Source: a virus
Taxonomy: Duplodnaviria; Caudoviricetes
Strand: one strand, 5' to 3'
IMG/VR virus record: IMGVR_UViG_3300020420_001018
Span: 1,650 to 65,649 of that record
Length of the DNA: 64,000 bases
Position numbers and translations under genes: made by a program. The notes below the pieces were generated by a model, which saw only the letters and a program-made list of their open reading frames with translations, was not told the DNA's origin and did not search any database. This document shows, one piece after another, positions 20,069 through 29,395 of this stretch (positions within the stretch are counted from its first letter, which is position 1; every line of letters begins with the position of its first letter).

Positions 20069-21169
20069 ATGGCAAAGACAGTATTTAACAGAAATGAAAT
20101 AGATTTTACCAAAGAGCCAATGTTTTTTGGGGAAGATCAGAGTGTGCAGAGATATGATGTTTTTAAATATCCTGCATTGGACAAACTTAACCAAACTATG
20201 CTTGGGTATTTTTGGAGACCTGAAGAAGTAAGTTTGCAAAAAGATAGATCAGACTATGCAACTTTCAGACCAGAACAAAAGCATATTTTTACTTCAAACT
20301 TGAAATATCAAACACTACTTGATTCAGTTCAAGGACGTGGACCGAGTTTGGCTTTTTTACCTTACGTATCAAATCCAGAATTAGAAGGTTGTATTGTTAC
20401 TTGGGATTTCTTTGAAACAATCCACTCACGTTCATACACACATATTATGAAAAATGTGTATCCAGATCCAAGTGAAGTATTTGACACAATCTTAAATGAT
20501 GAAGAAATTTTAAAAAGAGCTGTATCAGTAACAGAAAATTATGATACATTTTCTAAAATGGCTGAAGATTATTTTGTAAAAGGCAAAGGCGATATAATTG
20601 ATGTTAAGAAACAATTGTATCTTGCAATGATAAATGTAAACATCTTAGAAGGTTTAAGATTCTATGTATCTTTTGCTTGTACTTTTGCATTTGGTGAATT
20701 AAAACTTATGGAAGGCTCTGCAAAAATTATTTCACTTATTGCTCGTGATGAAGCAACACACTTAAATTTGTCAACACAGGTTATTAAGAATTGGCAAAAA
20801 AATGATGATGCACAAATGACAAAAGCAATGAAAGGCTTAGACAAGCAAGTAGTTGAAATGTTCAAGAGCTGTGTTGAAGAAGAAAAAGCATGGGCAAGAC
20901 ACTTATTCAAAGATGGTTCGATTATTGGTTTAAATGAAAAACTATTAGGCGACTATGTTGAATGGATTGCAAACAAAAGATTGAAAGCATTAGGATATGA
21001 TCCTGTGTATGACCAATCTGCTAATGCAAATCCTTTACCGTGGACACAACATTGGTTAAACTCAAGTGGACTACAAGTTGCACCACAAGAAACTGAAGTA
21101 GAAAGCTACATCATTGGTGGATTAAAACAAGACGTCGATGATAAAACTTTTGAAAATTTTGAACTATAA
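20069..21169 (+). CDS. nrdB: ribonucleotide reductase class Ia beta
   Basis: FWRPEE, LDSVQGR, ETIHSRSY, EGLRFYVSF, RDEATH, VAPQETE. Confidence 0.97.
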   Translation: MAKTVFNRNEIDFTKEPMFFGEDQSVQRYDVFKYPALDKLNQTMLGYFWRPEEVSLQKDRSDYATFRPEQKHIFTSNLKYQTLLDSVQGRGPSLAFLPYVSNPELEGCIVTWDFFETIHSRSYTHIMKNVYPDPSEVFDTILNDEEILKRAVSVTENYDTFSKMAEDYFVKGKGDIIDVKKQLYLAMINVNILEGLRFYVSFACTFAFGELKLMEGSAKIISLIARDEATHLNLSTQVIKNWQKNDDAQMTKAMKGLDKQVVEMFKSCVEEEKAWARHLFKDGSIIGLNEKLLGDYVEWIANKRLKALGYDPVYDQSANANPLPWTQHWLNSSGLQVAPQETEVESYIIGGLKQDVDDKTFENFEL

Positions 21170-21183
21170 TAAGAAAGAAAAAA

Positions 21184-21492
21184 ATGTTAAAACAAAAACT
21201 AAACAAAGATGACATTGTAGTATTTCGTACTGTTGGTAGTGACGAAGTAGTTGGTAAATTGATAGAAGAAACAGACACTTCTTACAAAGTATCAAAACCT
21301 TTAGCACTAGCAATGACTCAACAAGGTGTTGGAATGACAGCATATATGATTATGGCTGATCCAGAAGCAACATTTGAGTTTTTAAAAAGTACGATAATTA
21401 CAGCAGTTTTGGCTAATAAACAAGCCAAAGATGCTTATACAAAGAGTACATCGAATATTGTTACTCCTAGTACACCATCAATAGTTACGTAA
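21184..21492 (+). CDS. hypothetical protein (Sm-like barrel possible)
   Basis: 102 aa; V.F...G.E.VG pattern. Confidence 0.6.
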   Translation: MLKQKLNKDDIVVFRTVGSDEVVGKLIEETDTSYKVSKPLALAMTQQGVGMTAYMIMADPEATFEFLKSTIITAVLANKQAKDAYTKSTSNIVTPSTPSIVT

Positions 21493-21519
21493 TAAATACT
21501 ATTATAATAGGAGAACAAA

Positions 21520-21810
21520 ATGCCACACGTAGCAAGAGTCGGAGATGCAGATACGAATCACTCACCATGTGCACCAGGATCGTGTGCAACAGGGTCGCCA
21601 AATGTTTTGGCAAACAACATACCGGTTCACAGAGTAGGAGATAATAATACTCCTCATGGATTTATACTTTGTGTTCCTCATGTAACATCACTTGCAAGTG
21701 GTTCTCCTAATGTGTATGTAAATAATCAACCAGTTGGAAGAATTGGTGACGCTTACAGTTGTGGAATAAAAGTAAATGCTGGATCACCAAACGTGATAGC
21801 AAATAGTTAG
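21520..21810 (+). CDS. PAAR spike-tip protein (T4 gp5.4-like)
   Basis: VARVGD, GSPNV..N..PVHRVGD, PVGRIGD..SCG....GSPNV. Confidence 0.92.
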   Translation: MPHVARVGDADTNHSPCAPGSCATGSPNVLANNIPVHRVGDNNTPHGFILCVPHVTSLASGSPNVYVNNQPVGRIGDAYSCGIKVNAGSPNVIANS

Positions 21811-21818
21811 GAACAAAA

Positions 21819-22739
21819 ATGGCACAAACAATATTACCAGGTGAAGATCAAGGACTATTTAAAGATTTTAACGGATCAGCGATTAGTCAAAGTTTAGGTC
21901 CTATTGCAAAAGAAAGTTTACAAAGCGGATTGTTTGATGTAAAAGATGGAAAAGATCTTTGGGGCAATGATATAAAAACAATGGCCGCATTTAAAAATCC
22001 ACACACAGAAAATATTTCTAAAATAAGATCAAATTTATATAATGGTAATAGCAACGGTTGGGTTGGATTAAATGGTATGCCTGCAGGTTGGGATGATCCA
22101 AATTATTCTACTAGAGCAACTGTAAATGGAAGCATACTTGGCTCAGGTCAAACAGCAAGAAAATTAACTGACGCAGAAGTTCTTGAATTACAAAAAGTTA
22201 ATGGAGTATTAAACGATTTTAACAGACACACAAATATACAAAGTGGAGTAGATCAAACAGATTATGGAAATGCTAATCCATTTTCATTTATGGGAGTATC
22301 GGGTGGTCCGTCATTTAGTTTACCAACAGGTCATCTTCCAAAACCAATCGGACAAATGCTATCAATTGGACAAGGAATTAATGCACTTAATACATCATTA
22401 GGAGCCGCGGCCGCAGTAGGTACAGGTCCTTGTGCTTTCATTGATGATATATTTGGTGCTTTATCAAAAGGTGCAGGAGTATTAAATCAAATACTAGGAT
22501 TCATAGGTCAAGCACTTGGCCTACTAAATCTTATTTCAGGCGTGATTGGATATGTTGTACAACTAGCACAAATGATTTTAGCAGACTTGGCAAATTTAGC
22601 CAATGCAATTACAAGAATAACTAATGCCGCGATTGCTGGATTACTAGATGGATTAATGAGCGATCCTTGTATGAAGCATTTAATTATGGCAGGTATTGCC
22701 GGATTTGGTTTATTACAGACCATAAAGAAATTTACATAA
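21819..22739 (+). CDS. putative virion protein with hydrophobic C-terminus
   Basis: Gly/Ala/Leu-rich helical C-terminal third, directly after PAAR. Confidence 0.6.
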   Translation: MAQTILPGEDQGLFKDFNGSAISQSLGPIAKESLQSGLFDVKDGKDLWGNDIKTMAAFKNPHTENISKIRSNLYNGNSNGWVGLNGMPAGWDDPNYSTRATVNGSILGSGQTARKLTDAEVLELQKVNGVLNDFNRHTNIQSGVDQTDYGNANPFSFMGVSGGPSFSLPTGHLPKPIGQMLSIGQGINALNTSLGAAAAVGTGPCAFIDDIFGALSKGAGVLNQILGFIGQALGLLNLISGVIGYVVQLAQMILADLANLANAITRITNAAIAGLLDGLMSDPCMKHLIMAGIAGFGLLQTIKKFT

Positions 22740-22740
22740 G

Positions 22741-23286
22741 ATGATGAATACAATTGTACTTTGTGCTATACCTCAAGAAGTCGAAGGACTACACTACACT
22801 GACGTATTTTTTACAGGAGTTGGTAAAATTAATGCGGCGGCAACCACGGAACAAATTATAAAAGATTATAAACCAAAAGTAATTATTAATTATGGTACAG
22901 CAGGTTCACTTAAATCTAATGTAAGCGGACTAGTAAAAGTCACAGGTTTTGTTGATCGAGATATGGATGCAAGACCTTTGAATTTTAAACTTGGTCAAAC
23001 GCCATATGAAAAAGATATCATGTTAGGCACAGCAGAAGTTGTTTGTGGAACCGGTGACACTTTTGCTACAGAAAAACCAAAAATAGATTGTGATATTGTT
23101 GACATGGAGGCATACGCCATAGCAAAAATTTGTAAAAAACATAAAGTTGATTTTTTATGTTACAAGTATATTTCTGACTCAGCTGATAGCAATGCATCAG
23201 ATGATTGGGCAAAAAATGTTGCCAAAGGTTGTAAACTATTTAGAGAAGAAATACTAGATAATCTTTCACAACCATTGTTAGCATAA
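22741..23286 (+). CDS. mtnN: MTA/SAH nucleosidase
   Basis: TGVGKINAA, INYGTAG, TGDTF, VDMEAYA, KYISDSAD. Confidence 0.88.
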   Translation: MMNTIVLCAIPQEVEGLHYTDVFFTGVGKINAAATTEQIIKDYKPKVIINYGTAGSLKSNVSGLVKVTGFVDRDMDARPLNFKLGQTPYEKDIMLGTAEVVCGTGDTFATEKPKIDCDIVDMEAYAIAKICKKHKVDFLCYKYISDSADSNASDDWAKNVAKGCKLFREEILDNLSQPLLA

Positions 23287-23297
23287 GTAACACATAC

Positions 23298-23387
23298 GGA
23301 GAGGTGGCTGAGCGGTTGAAAGCACCGGTCTTGAAAACCGGCAAAGGGGCAACTCTTTCGTGAGTTCGAATCTCACCCTCTCCGCCA
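23298..23387 (+). tRNA. tRNA-Ser(TGA)
   Basis: GGAGAGG/CCTCTCC acceptor stem, CT-TGA-AA loop, long variable arm, GTTCGAAT, encoded CCA. Confidence 0.97.
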
Positions 23388-23440
23388 GAATAAAAGTATA
23401 TAATATTGACTTTTTTAATTAATTGTAGTACTATATCATT

Positions 23441-23806
23441 ATGACATACATAGTAAAAGATGAATGTATAAAATGTAAACATACAGACTGTGTAGAGGTC
23501 TGTCCTGTAGATTGTTTTTATGAAGGAGAAAATTTTTTAGCAATTAATCCAGAAGAATGTATCGATTGTGGAGTATGCGAACCAGAGTGTCCAGTTGATG
23601 CAATTGTGGCAGATTCAGACCCAAATATAGCTAAGAATGAATTAGACTATTGGATTCATATAAATACTGAGTACAGTAAAAAATGGCCAAATATAACAAA
23701 GAAAAAAGATGCGTTACCAGAAGCAGAAGAATATAGTCCAGCTAATATGCCAGACCAAAAATCTAAAAGAGATCTTCTTTCTGAAAACCCTGGAACTGGA
23801 GATTAA
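23441..23806 (+). CDS. fdxA: 7Fe ferredoxin
   Basis: [30 protein letters not shown]; alphaproteobacterial-type C-terminus (NPGTGD). Confidence 0.93.
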   Translation: MTYIVKDECIKCKHTDCVEVCPVDCFYEGENFLAINPEECIDCGVCEPECPVDAIVADSDPNIAKNELDYWIHINTEYSKKWPNITKKKDALPEAEEYSPANMPDQKSKRDLLSENPGTGD

Positions 23807-23809
23807 TAA

Positions 23810-24670
23810 ATGAGCAAAAAAGATAAAACACAATTAAATAAACCTTTAAGTCAAAACATGAATGAAAGAATTGATGTTGACATGGAGGCATTAAGAAAAC
23901 AACATGTGATGGTTGCAACACCTTGTTATGGTGGTATGGTCGGCGAACCATATTTAAAAGCAATGACGGGATTGTCAATTCTTTTTAAACACTACGGATT
24001 AAATTTTACATTAGCAACTTTGTCAAATGAGAGTCTTGTAACAAGGGCACGTAATACACTTACTGCAATGTTCTTACAAAATCCAACATACACTCATATG
24101 ATGTTTATTGATGCAGACATTGGGTTTATACCACAAGATGTTATAAAACTATTGCATAGGGATCAAGATATTGTTACTGGTGCATATCCTAAAAAATCAA
24201 TAAACTGGCCAGCAGTCCATGGAGTAGCAATGGAACAAAAACCAACTGACCCATATGAACTGGCAAAATTTCAAGCATCTTATGTTTTAAATATTAAACG
24301 TGATCATATGGATTCTAAAGAAATTCCATTAGTAAAAGGATTGATTCCTGTGTTAGATGCTGGTACTGGATTTATGATGATTAAACGTGAAGTTATAGAT
24401 AAAATGACTAAAGAATATCCTGAAACAAGATATACAAACGATCTTAATACTGCACCAGAATTAAATCCATATTTTTATGCACTATTTGATACAATGATTG
24501 ATCCTGAAACAAATAGATATCTGTCAGAAGATTACACATTTTGTAGACGTTGGCAAAAAATGGGCGGAGAAATTTGGATGGATCCATCTGTAAATTTAGA
24601 TCATTATGGTTCATATCCTTTCCAAGGAAATATTGCAGAACAATTTACTTTGGTCAAAAAAGAAGATTGA
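23810..24670 (+). CDS. GT-A glycosyltransferase-like protein
   Basis: ATPCYGG, TRARN, FIDADI (DxD), GTGFMMI, SEDYTFC. Confidence 0.75.
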   Translation: MSKKDKTQLNKPLSQNMNERIDVDMEALRKQHVMVATPCYGGMVGEPYLKAMTGLSILFKHYGLNFTLATLSNESLVTRARNTLTAMFLQNPTYTHMMFIDADIGFIPQDVIKLLHRDQDIVTGAYPKKSINWPAVHGVAMEQKPTDPYELAKFQASYVLNIKRDHMDSKEIPLVKGLIPVLDAGTGFMMIKREVIDKMTKEYPETRYTNDLNTAPELNPYFYALFDTMIDPETNRYLSEDYTFCRRWQKMGGEIWMDPSVNLDHYGSYPFQGNIAEQFTLVKKED

Positions 24671-24700
24671 TTAAAATAAATTTTTATGCTACAATAAATC

Positions 24701-25192
24701 ATGTCATTAGTAAACATTCTTCGCCAATGGTTTAGCACTGCTCCAGATACAACAGAGCCAATGTCTACTGGTGATCAAATACTTTATGACAGCTTTAATC
24801 ATTTACAAAATTTTGTTGAATATTACATAGCACAAATTTATACAGGGTCATCGGATCAAACTTTTAAAAGTAGAGAAAAAGGTTTAGAAGGTATCGAGTG
24901 GCTTCATTCACAAAAAGATAAAGATCCGGTTTATCAATCTGCATTAAATGAAATTAAAATATTATATAACTGGTGGGTTGATTTAAGGGTACAAAGATCT
25001 GACGCATGGAAAGACATTGATACAACCTATGGTCAGTTCAAAGAAGAATGGCTACAAACAACAGAACAAGAAAACAGCGAATTTAAAGAATTTATGGACA
25101 AGTGTAGACATGCAGAAAAACTGCAAAAACTATACAATACAGAGGACACTAAAATGTTATTGAGGCTTATTCAGATAAGAAATTATCTATAA
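24701..25192 (+). CDS. hypothetical protein
   Basis: 163-aa ORF. Confidence 0.65.
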   Translation: MSLVNILRQWFSTAPDTTEPMSTGDQILYDSFNHLQNFVEYYIAQIYTGSSDQTFKSREKGLEGIEWLHSQKDKDPVYQSALNEIKILYNWWVDLRVQRSDAWKDIDTTYGQFKEEWLQTTEQENSEFKEFMDKCRHAEKLQKLYNTEDTKMLLRLIQIRNYL

Positions 25193-25414
25193 GTGATAAA
25201 TAAAAAGACAGGATACATTATGGCAGAAAATAAAAACAAAAAAACTTTCAAGTTATCAAATCAACAAGTAGTAGATGCATTTGCACAATATCTATATGAT
25301 ATTGGAGAATTAGGCAATGGTGAATCCACTGGTGAGTTAGTATACGAACTATCTGAAAACAATGGTGCAACAGTAGTGTTAACTATTAAAGAAGATAACG
25401 AGGACAAGGAATAA
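25193..25414 (+). CDS. hypothetical protein (start probably 25220)
   Basis: AGGA RBS precedes the MAENK start. Confidence 0.6.
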   Translation: MINKKTGYIMAENKNKKTFKLSNQQVVDAFAQYLYDIGELGNGESTGELVYELSENNGATVVLTIKEDNEDKE

Positions 25415-25417
25415 TAA

Positions 25418-25603
25418 ATGTCTAGTAGTAGTGAATTAGAAAGATTAAAACTGCAACACAACAAACTACATACCGCTATCGAAAAAATGTTAAATGACAA
25501 TCAATCAGATGAAAACAAATTATCTGTAATGAAAAAACACCAACTTTGGTTAAAAGATAAAATATCAAATATCGAAACAACAAAAGAACTCCAAAACACA
25601 TAA
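25418..25603 (+). CDS. YdcH/DUF465-like small coiled-coil protein
   Basis: L..H.KL...I...MKK..L.LKD.I pattern. Confidence 0.65.
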   Translation: MSSSSELERLKLQHNKLHTAIEKMLNDNQSDENKLSVMKKHQLWLKDKISNIETTKELQNT

Positions 25604-25608
25604 TAAAA

Positions 25609-26310
25609 ATGTTTATTCCTGATTACTTAGGTAATGATGCCTGGCAACTTCCAATGATCAATAGAGATCATTTTAAAATCAAACCAATATTAGAATCTGA
25701 TGAACAATTAGGCTATTTTCCTTGGATTGAATTAGACATCAAATACAGTTACGAAACTTGGTTAAAAGAAATAAAGCTAGTTGGTGATTCATTTGTTGAA
25801 TTTGAAAGTGAATATGGTAAAGGTTGGAAATATGTTTCTATGTATGAAGATGATAAATGGAATGACAGATTATTAAATGGGTGTCCAGCAACAACAACTT
25901 GGTTTAAAAATATTTTCTCAGAAAAAATAAATGCAACAAAAATACATAATATAAAAGTTATGTGTTTGGAACCAAAAGGATATAGTGAACTGCAACATGG
26001 TAATCATTTTGGCCAAATTAATTTTGTTCTTAATCAACCCATAGGATGTAAAACAGTGATGTTTTATCCTAATCCCATGGACAAGACAAAACTTAAAGAT
26101 AGTGATTACATAGGTATTGTACCTTTTAGAGAAGGATCAGTTATCCAATTGAACAATGAAAATTATAATATGGCAAGGAACAATAGTGAAGAAAATAGAT
26201 ACCATATCATAGTAAATGCAGATACAGAAATTAACGACAAAGTAAAAATGTTATATGACGAAAGCATAAAACATACAACAACAAATATTAAGAAAGATGC
26301 ACAATTATAA
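25609..26310 (+). CDS. Asp/Asn beta-hydroxylase-like cupin, metal ligands apparently degenerate
   Basis: CPATT.W, MCLEPKG, NQP.GC, N.SEENRYHIIV; canonical HxD...H not evident. Confidence 0.5.
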   Translation: MFIPDYLGNDAWQLPMINRDHFKIKPILESDEQLGYFPWIELDIKYSYETWLKEIKLVGDSFVEFESEYGKGWKYVSMYEDDKWNDRLLNGCPATTTWFKNIFSEKINATKIHNIKVMCLEPKGYSELQHGNHFGQINFVLNQPIGCKTVMFYPNPMDKTKLKDSDYIGIVPFREGSVIQLNNENYNMARNNSEENRYHIIVNADTEINDKVKMLYDESIKHTTTNIKKDAQL

Positions 26311-26336
26311 AATTTGGCCAATGTCAAAAATAATGG

Positions 26337-26365
26337 TTGACGAATATGGTACATTACTATATAAT
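26337..26365 (+). promoter_or_regulatory. sigma70 promoter
   Basis: TTGACG-17 nt-TATAAT; a late TATAAATA also lies at 26422-26429. Confidence 0.7.
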
Positions 26366-26442
26366 GAGTGGAGTAAAGAGATTATTAAATCAGTGTTAAA
26401 AGCTGATTACTTATAGGAAACTATAAATAATAATAGTATATA

Positions 26443-26682
26443 ATGATTATGGCTAGTTTAGACTTACACGGTTATTATGTACAAGATGCTTGGAGGGAGT
26501 TTGTAAAATTTGTCCACGAGAACAAGCATCAAGGTCTTAAGTATGTTACTGTTATTACAGGACAAGGTAAGATCAAAGAAGAATTTGAGCTATGGGTAGA
26601 AGCAAACGATAGCTTAAAACACTGTGAGTTACTGCCTAGTAATGGTGCTTACAGAGTATACTATAATAAGGAGTACAGATGA
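26443..26682 (+). CDS. stand-alone Smr domain protein
   Basis: LDLHG, VITGQG, NGA. Confidence 0.85.
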   Translation: MIMASLDLHGYYVQDAWREFVKFVHENKHQGLKYVTVITGQGKIKEEFELWVEANDSLKHCELLPSNGAYRVYYNKEYR

Positions 26683-26930
26683 GTACAGGTAAATTAAAAT
26701 GGTACAACGCTTCAAAAGGTTTCGGTTTCATAGTGCCTGATGAAGGTGGCAATGACGTTTTTGTTCATGTTTCAGCATTTAAAGATGCAGGAATCACAAA
26801 AGTAGATCAAGGCCAAGCAATGGAATATGTTGTTGCTGAGCACAACGGAAAACCTGTTGCAACTCAGTTAAAATTGACTGAAGCAACTGCTGAAGAAAAA
26901 CCTGCTGAATCAAATACTGAATCAGCATAA
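26679..26930 (+). CDS. cspA: cold-shock protein
   Basis: GKLKWYNASKGFGFI, DVFVHVSA. Confidence 0.95.
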   Translation: MSTGKLKWYNASKGFGFIVPDEGGNDVFVHVSAFKDAGITKVDQGQAMEYVVAEHNGKPVATQLKLTEATAEEKPAESNTESA

Positions 26931-26950
26931 TATATAACCTTAGGAGGTTC

Positions 26951-27373
26951 ATGGCAAAAGAAGTAACTGGTACTCTGAAATTAATTATAGAGGCAGGTCA
27001 GGCTAAACCTGCTCCACCGGTTGGACCAGCTCTTGGTCAACGTGGTATACAAATTATGGACTTTTGTAAAAAGTTCAACGATAAAACAAAAGGTATGGAA
27101 GGTCCCATACCTTGTCTTATAACAGTTTACAAAGATAAAAGTTTTACGTTCATACTTAAAAAACCACCTGTTACATATTACATATTAAAAGCAGTTGGTT
27201 TAAAGAAAGGTGGAAGAACACCTGGACGTAACGTGATCAAGTATATTACTAAAGAGCAAATTAGAAAAATTGCTGAAGAAAAAATGGAAGATATGAATGC
27301 TTTTACAGTGGAACAAGCAATGGAGCAAGTGGAAGGGTCATGTCGCTCTATGAGTATATCAGTAAAAAAGTAG
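26951..27373 (+). CDS. rplK: 50S ribosomal protein uL11
   Basis: AGQAKPAPPVGPALGQRG, FCKKFN, ITVYKDKSFTF, GSCRSM; AGGAGG RBS. Confidence 0.95.
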   Translation: MAKEVTGTLKLIIEAGQAKPAPPVGPALGQRGIQIMDFCKKFNDKTKGMEGPIPCLITVYKDKSFTFILKKPPVTYYILKAVGLKKGGRTPGRNVIKYITKEQIRKIAEEKMEDMNAFTVEQAMEQVEGSCRSMSISVKK

Positions 27374-27497
27374 TTATATAAAAATAGCATATCTGGTTTG
27401 CATTAAAAATACTTGAAAATTCAATTTTTCACACTATATAATATATAAATATGATTGGTAGTTAGCTACCCATTCACAGATTTTTAGGAGAAATTAA

Positions 27498-27674
27498 ATG
27501 AGACAAATAATAAATTTGCTCAAGTCTTTGACAGAAAGCCTTGGCAAACAAACTATAGATCAGTTCCAAATAAACACCAACGATCCTTTGTGGTGTTTAG
27601 CAAAAACTGAATACAGTCATGATCCTGTGTATGCTTATAGATGTTTAAAGAGAGGAGTAAATCCGCATGTTTAG
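27498..27674 (+). CDS. small hypothetical protein (58 aa, not in ORF track)
   Basis: AGGAG RBS; ...LAKTEYSHDPVYAY...; follows TATAAATA at 27444-27451. Confidence 0.6.
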   Translation: MRQIINLLKSLTESLGKQTIDQFQINTNDPLWCLAKTEYSHDPVYAYRCLKRGVNPHV

Positions 27675-27837
27675 TAAAATTTTAAATTTTATGTTTGCTC
27701 CCAGAAAGTCTTTTGAAGAAAAATATTTAGAGCAATCAGCAGATCATTACGATCTTGAAAGACGCCAAAGAGAGTTAGATAAAAGACAATTCAATGGCGG
27801 TAACTTTCGTACATTGTATAACAGATTTTTTATCTAA
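27667..27837 (+). CDS. DUF3563-like small protein (56 aa, not in ORF track)
   Basis: EKYLEQSADHYDLERRQRELD; GAGGAG RBS. Confidence 0.65.
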   Translation: MFSKILNFMFAPRKSFEEKYLEQSADHYDLERRQRELDKRQFNGGNFRTLYNRFFI

Positions 27838-27843
27838 AAAAGA

Positions 27844-27865
27844 AGCCTATAAAAGGCTATTTTTT
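27844..27865 (+). terminator. putative intrinsic terminator
   Basis: AGCCT/AGGCT stem followed by ATTTTTT. Confidence 0.5.
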
Positions 27866-27963
27866 GACCAAAAAATATAAGTACATTTGGTAGTAAGCCC
27901 AACGCCTCAGATTACATCAAAAGACGGTAAGCCGATCCCTTAATAATAACTTGGAGACAGTCT

Positions 27964-28167
27964 ATGGAAAAAATATTTAGATCCATGGGCGACGGGATCT
28001 TAATGCTCAATGCTGTGTTTAGTAAACAGCAAAGGTCACTCAAAGAGCCAGCCGACCAGTCGGATCAGGTGAAAAACTTTAAAAGATGGTTATCCTACGA
28101 GCCATCAAAACACTACTTTAAGGGTAAACAATCCCAAATAACAAAGGATTGTGACCCACATAAGTAA
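27964..28167 (+). CDS. hypothetical protein
   Basis: 67 aa, GGAG RBS. Confidence 0.55.
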   Translation: MEKIFRSMGDGILMLNAVFSKQQRSLKEPADQSDQVKNFKRWLSYEPSKHYFKGKQSQITKDCDPHK

Positions 28168-28172
28168 TCTTC

Positions 28173-28201
28173 TTGACAAGATGCGTTGTTTAGTATATTA
28201 T
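28173..28201 (+). promoter_or_regulatory. sigma70 promoter for queD
   Basis: TTGACA-17 nt-TATTAT. Confidence 0.7.
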
Positions 28202-28229
28202 ATAGATATGCTACAACGCATTTTGCATT

Positions 28230-28269
28230 TGAGGACTCAACGTCAACCCTCATTAAAAACTCTGCCGTT
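28230..28269 (+). ncRNA. preQ1-I-like riboswitch candidate
   Basis: TGAGG/CCTCA stem, 13-nt loop ending AAC, A-rich tail, loop AACG can pair with CGTT; located in the queD 5' UTR. Confidence 0.55.
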
Positions 28270-28286
28270 AGAAACAGGAGATAAAA

Positions 28287-28736
28287 ATGAGCAAATATTA
28301 TAGTACAAAAACATATGGACACAATATTGGGTTGGCCTGTGTATTCAGACAGCCTAACGCAGATCATTCACATTGTCATTTATTACATGGTTATAGTTTA
28401 CAGTTTAAATTTACTTTTGGCTGTGATAAACTAGATAATAAAAATTGGGCAGTTGATTTTGGTGGGCTAAAGCCTTTGAAAAAATGGTTAGAAGATCACT
28501 TTGATCATAAGACAGCATTGGATATAAATGATCCACATCTTGAAAAATTTAGAGAGTTAGAAGAACTAGATCTAGTAGACATTGTAACTTTTGATGGTGT
28601 AGGCGCAGAGAAATTTGCCGAACATGCCTTTAACTTTGCAGATAAACTTATTAGAGAAAAAACAGATAATCGTTGTTACGTTGTATCAGTAGAGTGTGCA
28701 GAACATGGTGCCAATTCAGCAATATATGAAGCATAA
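28287..28736 (+). CDS. queD: 6-carboxytetrahydropterin synthase (QueD/PTPS)
   Basis: CHLLHGYS, VDFG.LK, FDHK, EKFA, E...NSA.Y. Confidence 0.9.
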   Translation: MSKYYSTKTYGHNIGLACVFRQPNADHSHCHLLHGYSLQFKFTFGCDKLDNKNWAVDFGGLKPLKKWLEDHFDHKTALDINDPHLEKFRELEELDLVDIVTFDGVGAEKFAEHAFNFADKLIREKTDNRCYVVSVECAEHGANSAIYEA

Positions 28737-29395
28737 TGAAAACACACAAAGTTATCTTAGGTACACCAAGAAGTGGGTCTAGCTTTATAACCAGGTGGTA
28801 TTCAAATGAATATCCAGATTACACAGCATTATCGGAAGACAAAGGATTTGAGCATTTTGAACCAGATCATCCAGGCTGGCCTGCATTAGGTGACCAAGAA
28901 GGAATCGATAAGGAAACAAAATTAAGAATTCAAAAACTTGAAGATAAAACTATTTGGAAAATGCACCCTGGCCCGGATATGAGTAATCATATCTTTGAGT
29001 ACATATCTAAAATGCCAATAATTCTTGTAAAAAGAAAAGACTTATTAGGACAATTTATAAGTTATGGTGTTGGATGGACTACAAACAAGTGGGTTAATTT
29101 TGATTCAGAATCAAAATCAAAGAATGGATTAAAAGAAAGTTTTCACTATGAAAAAAAATGGTTCGATGATATGGTTTTTAGATTAAAAGATTTAGAAGAA
29201 AAACAAAGTAAATTAAATATTGAAAAACTAATATGGTTCGAAGATATTCCAAATTATAAAGTTAATGGAAAGTTGTCTGTGAGACAAAACGATTTTCCAA
29301 ATGAACAAAAGTTAAAATGGTTAATTAACTCAAATGAATTTATGAATTGGTTTTTAAAATTTAATGATTCATTTAAAATAAAGGAGACAATATGA
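28736..29395 (+). CDS. sulfotransferase-like P-loop protein
   Basis: GTPRSGSSF (5'-PSB), KRKDLLGQFIS (3'-PB). Confidence 0.65.
   Translation: MKTHKVILGTPRSGSSFITRWYSNEYPDYTALSEDKGFEHFEPDHPGWPALGDQEGIDKETKLRIQKLEDKTIWKMHPGPDMSNHIFEYISKMPIILVKRKDLLGQFISYGVGWTTNKWVNFDSESKSKNGLKESFHYEKKWFDDMVFRLKDLEEKQSKLNIEKLIWFEDIPNYKVNGKLSVRQNDFPNEQKLKWLINSNEFMNWFLKFNDSFKIKETI

Noticed and set aside
17685-21169. Introns or inteins in nrdA/nrdB (also checked helicase and ligase)
   Set aside because: Lengths are normal and motifs contiguous
23298-23387. tRNA as a Sec or suppressor tRNA
   Set aside because: Anticodon TGA reads UCA (Ser); normal 7-bp acceptor stem
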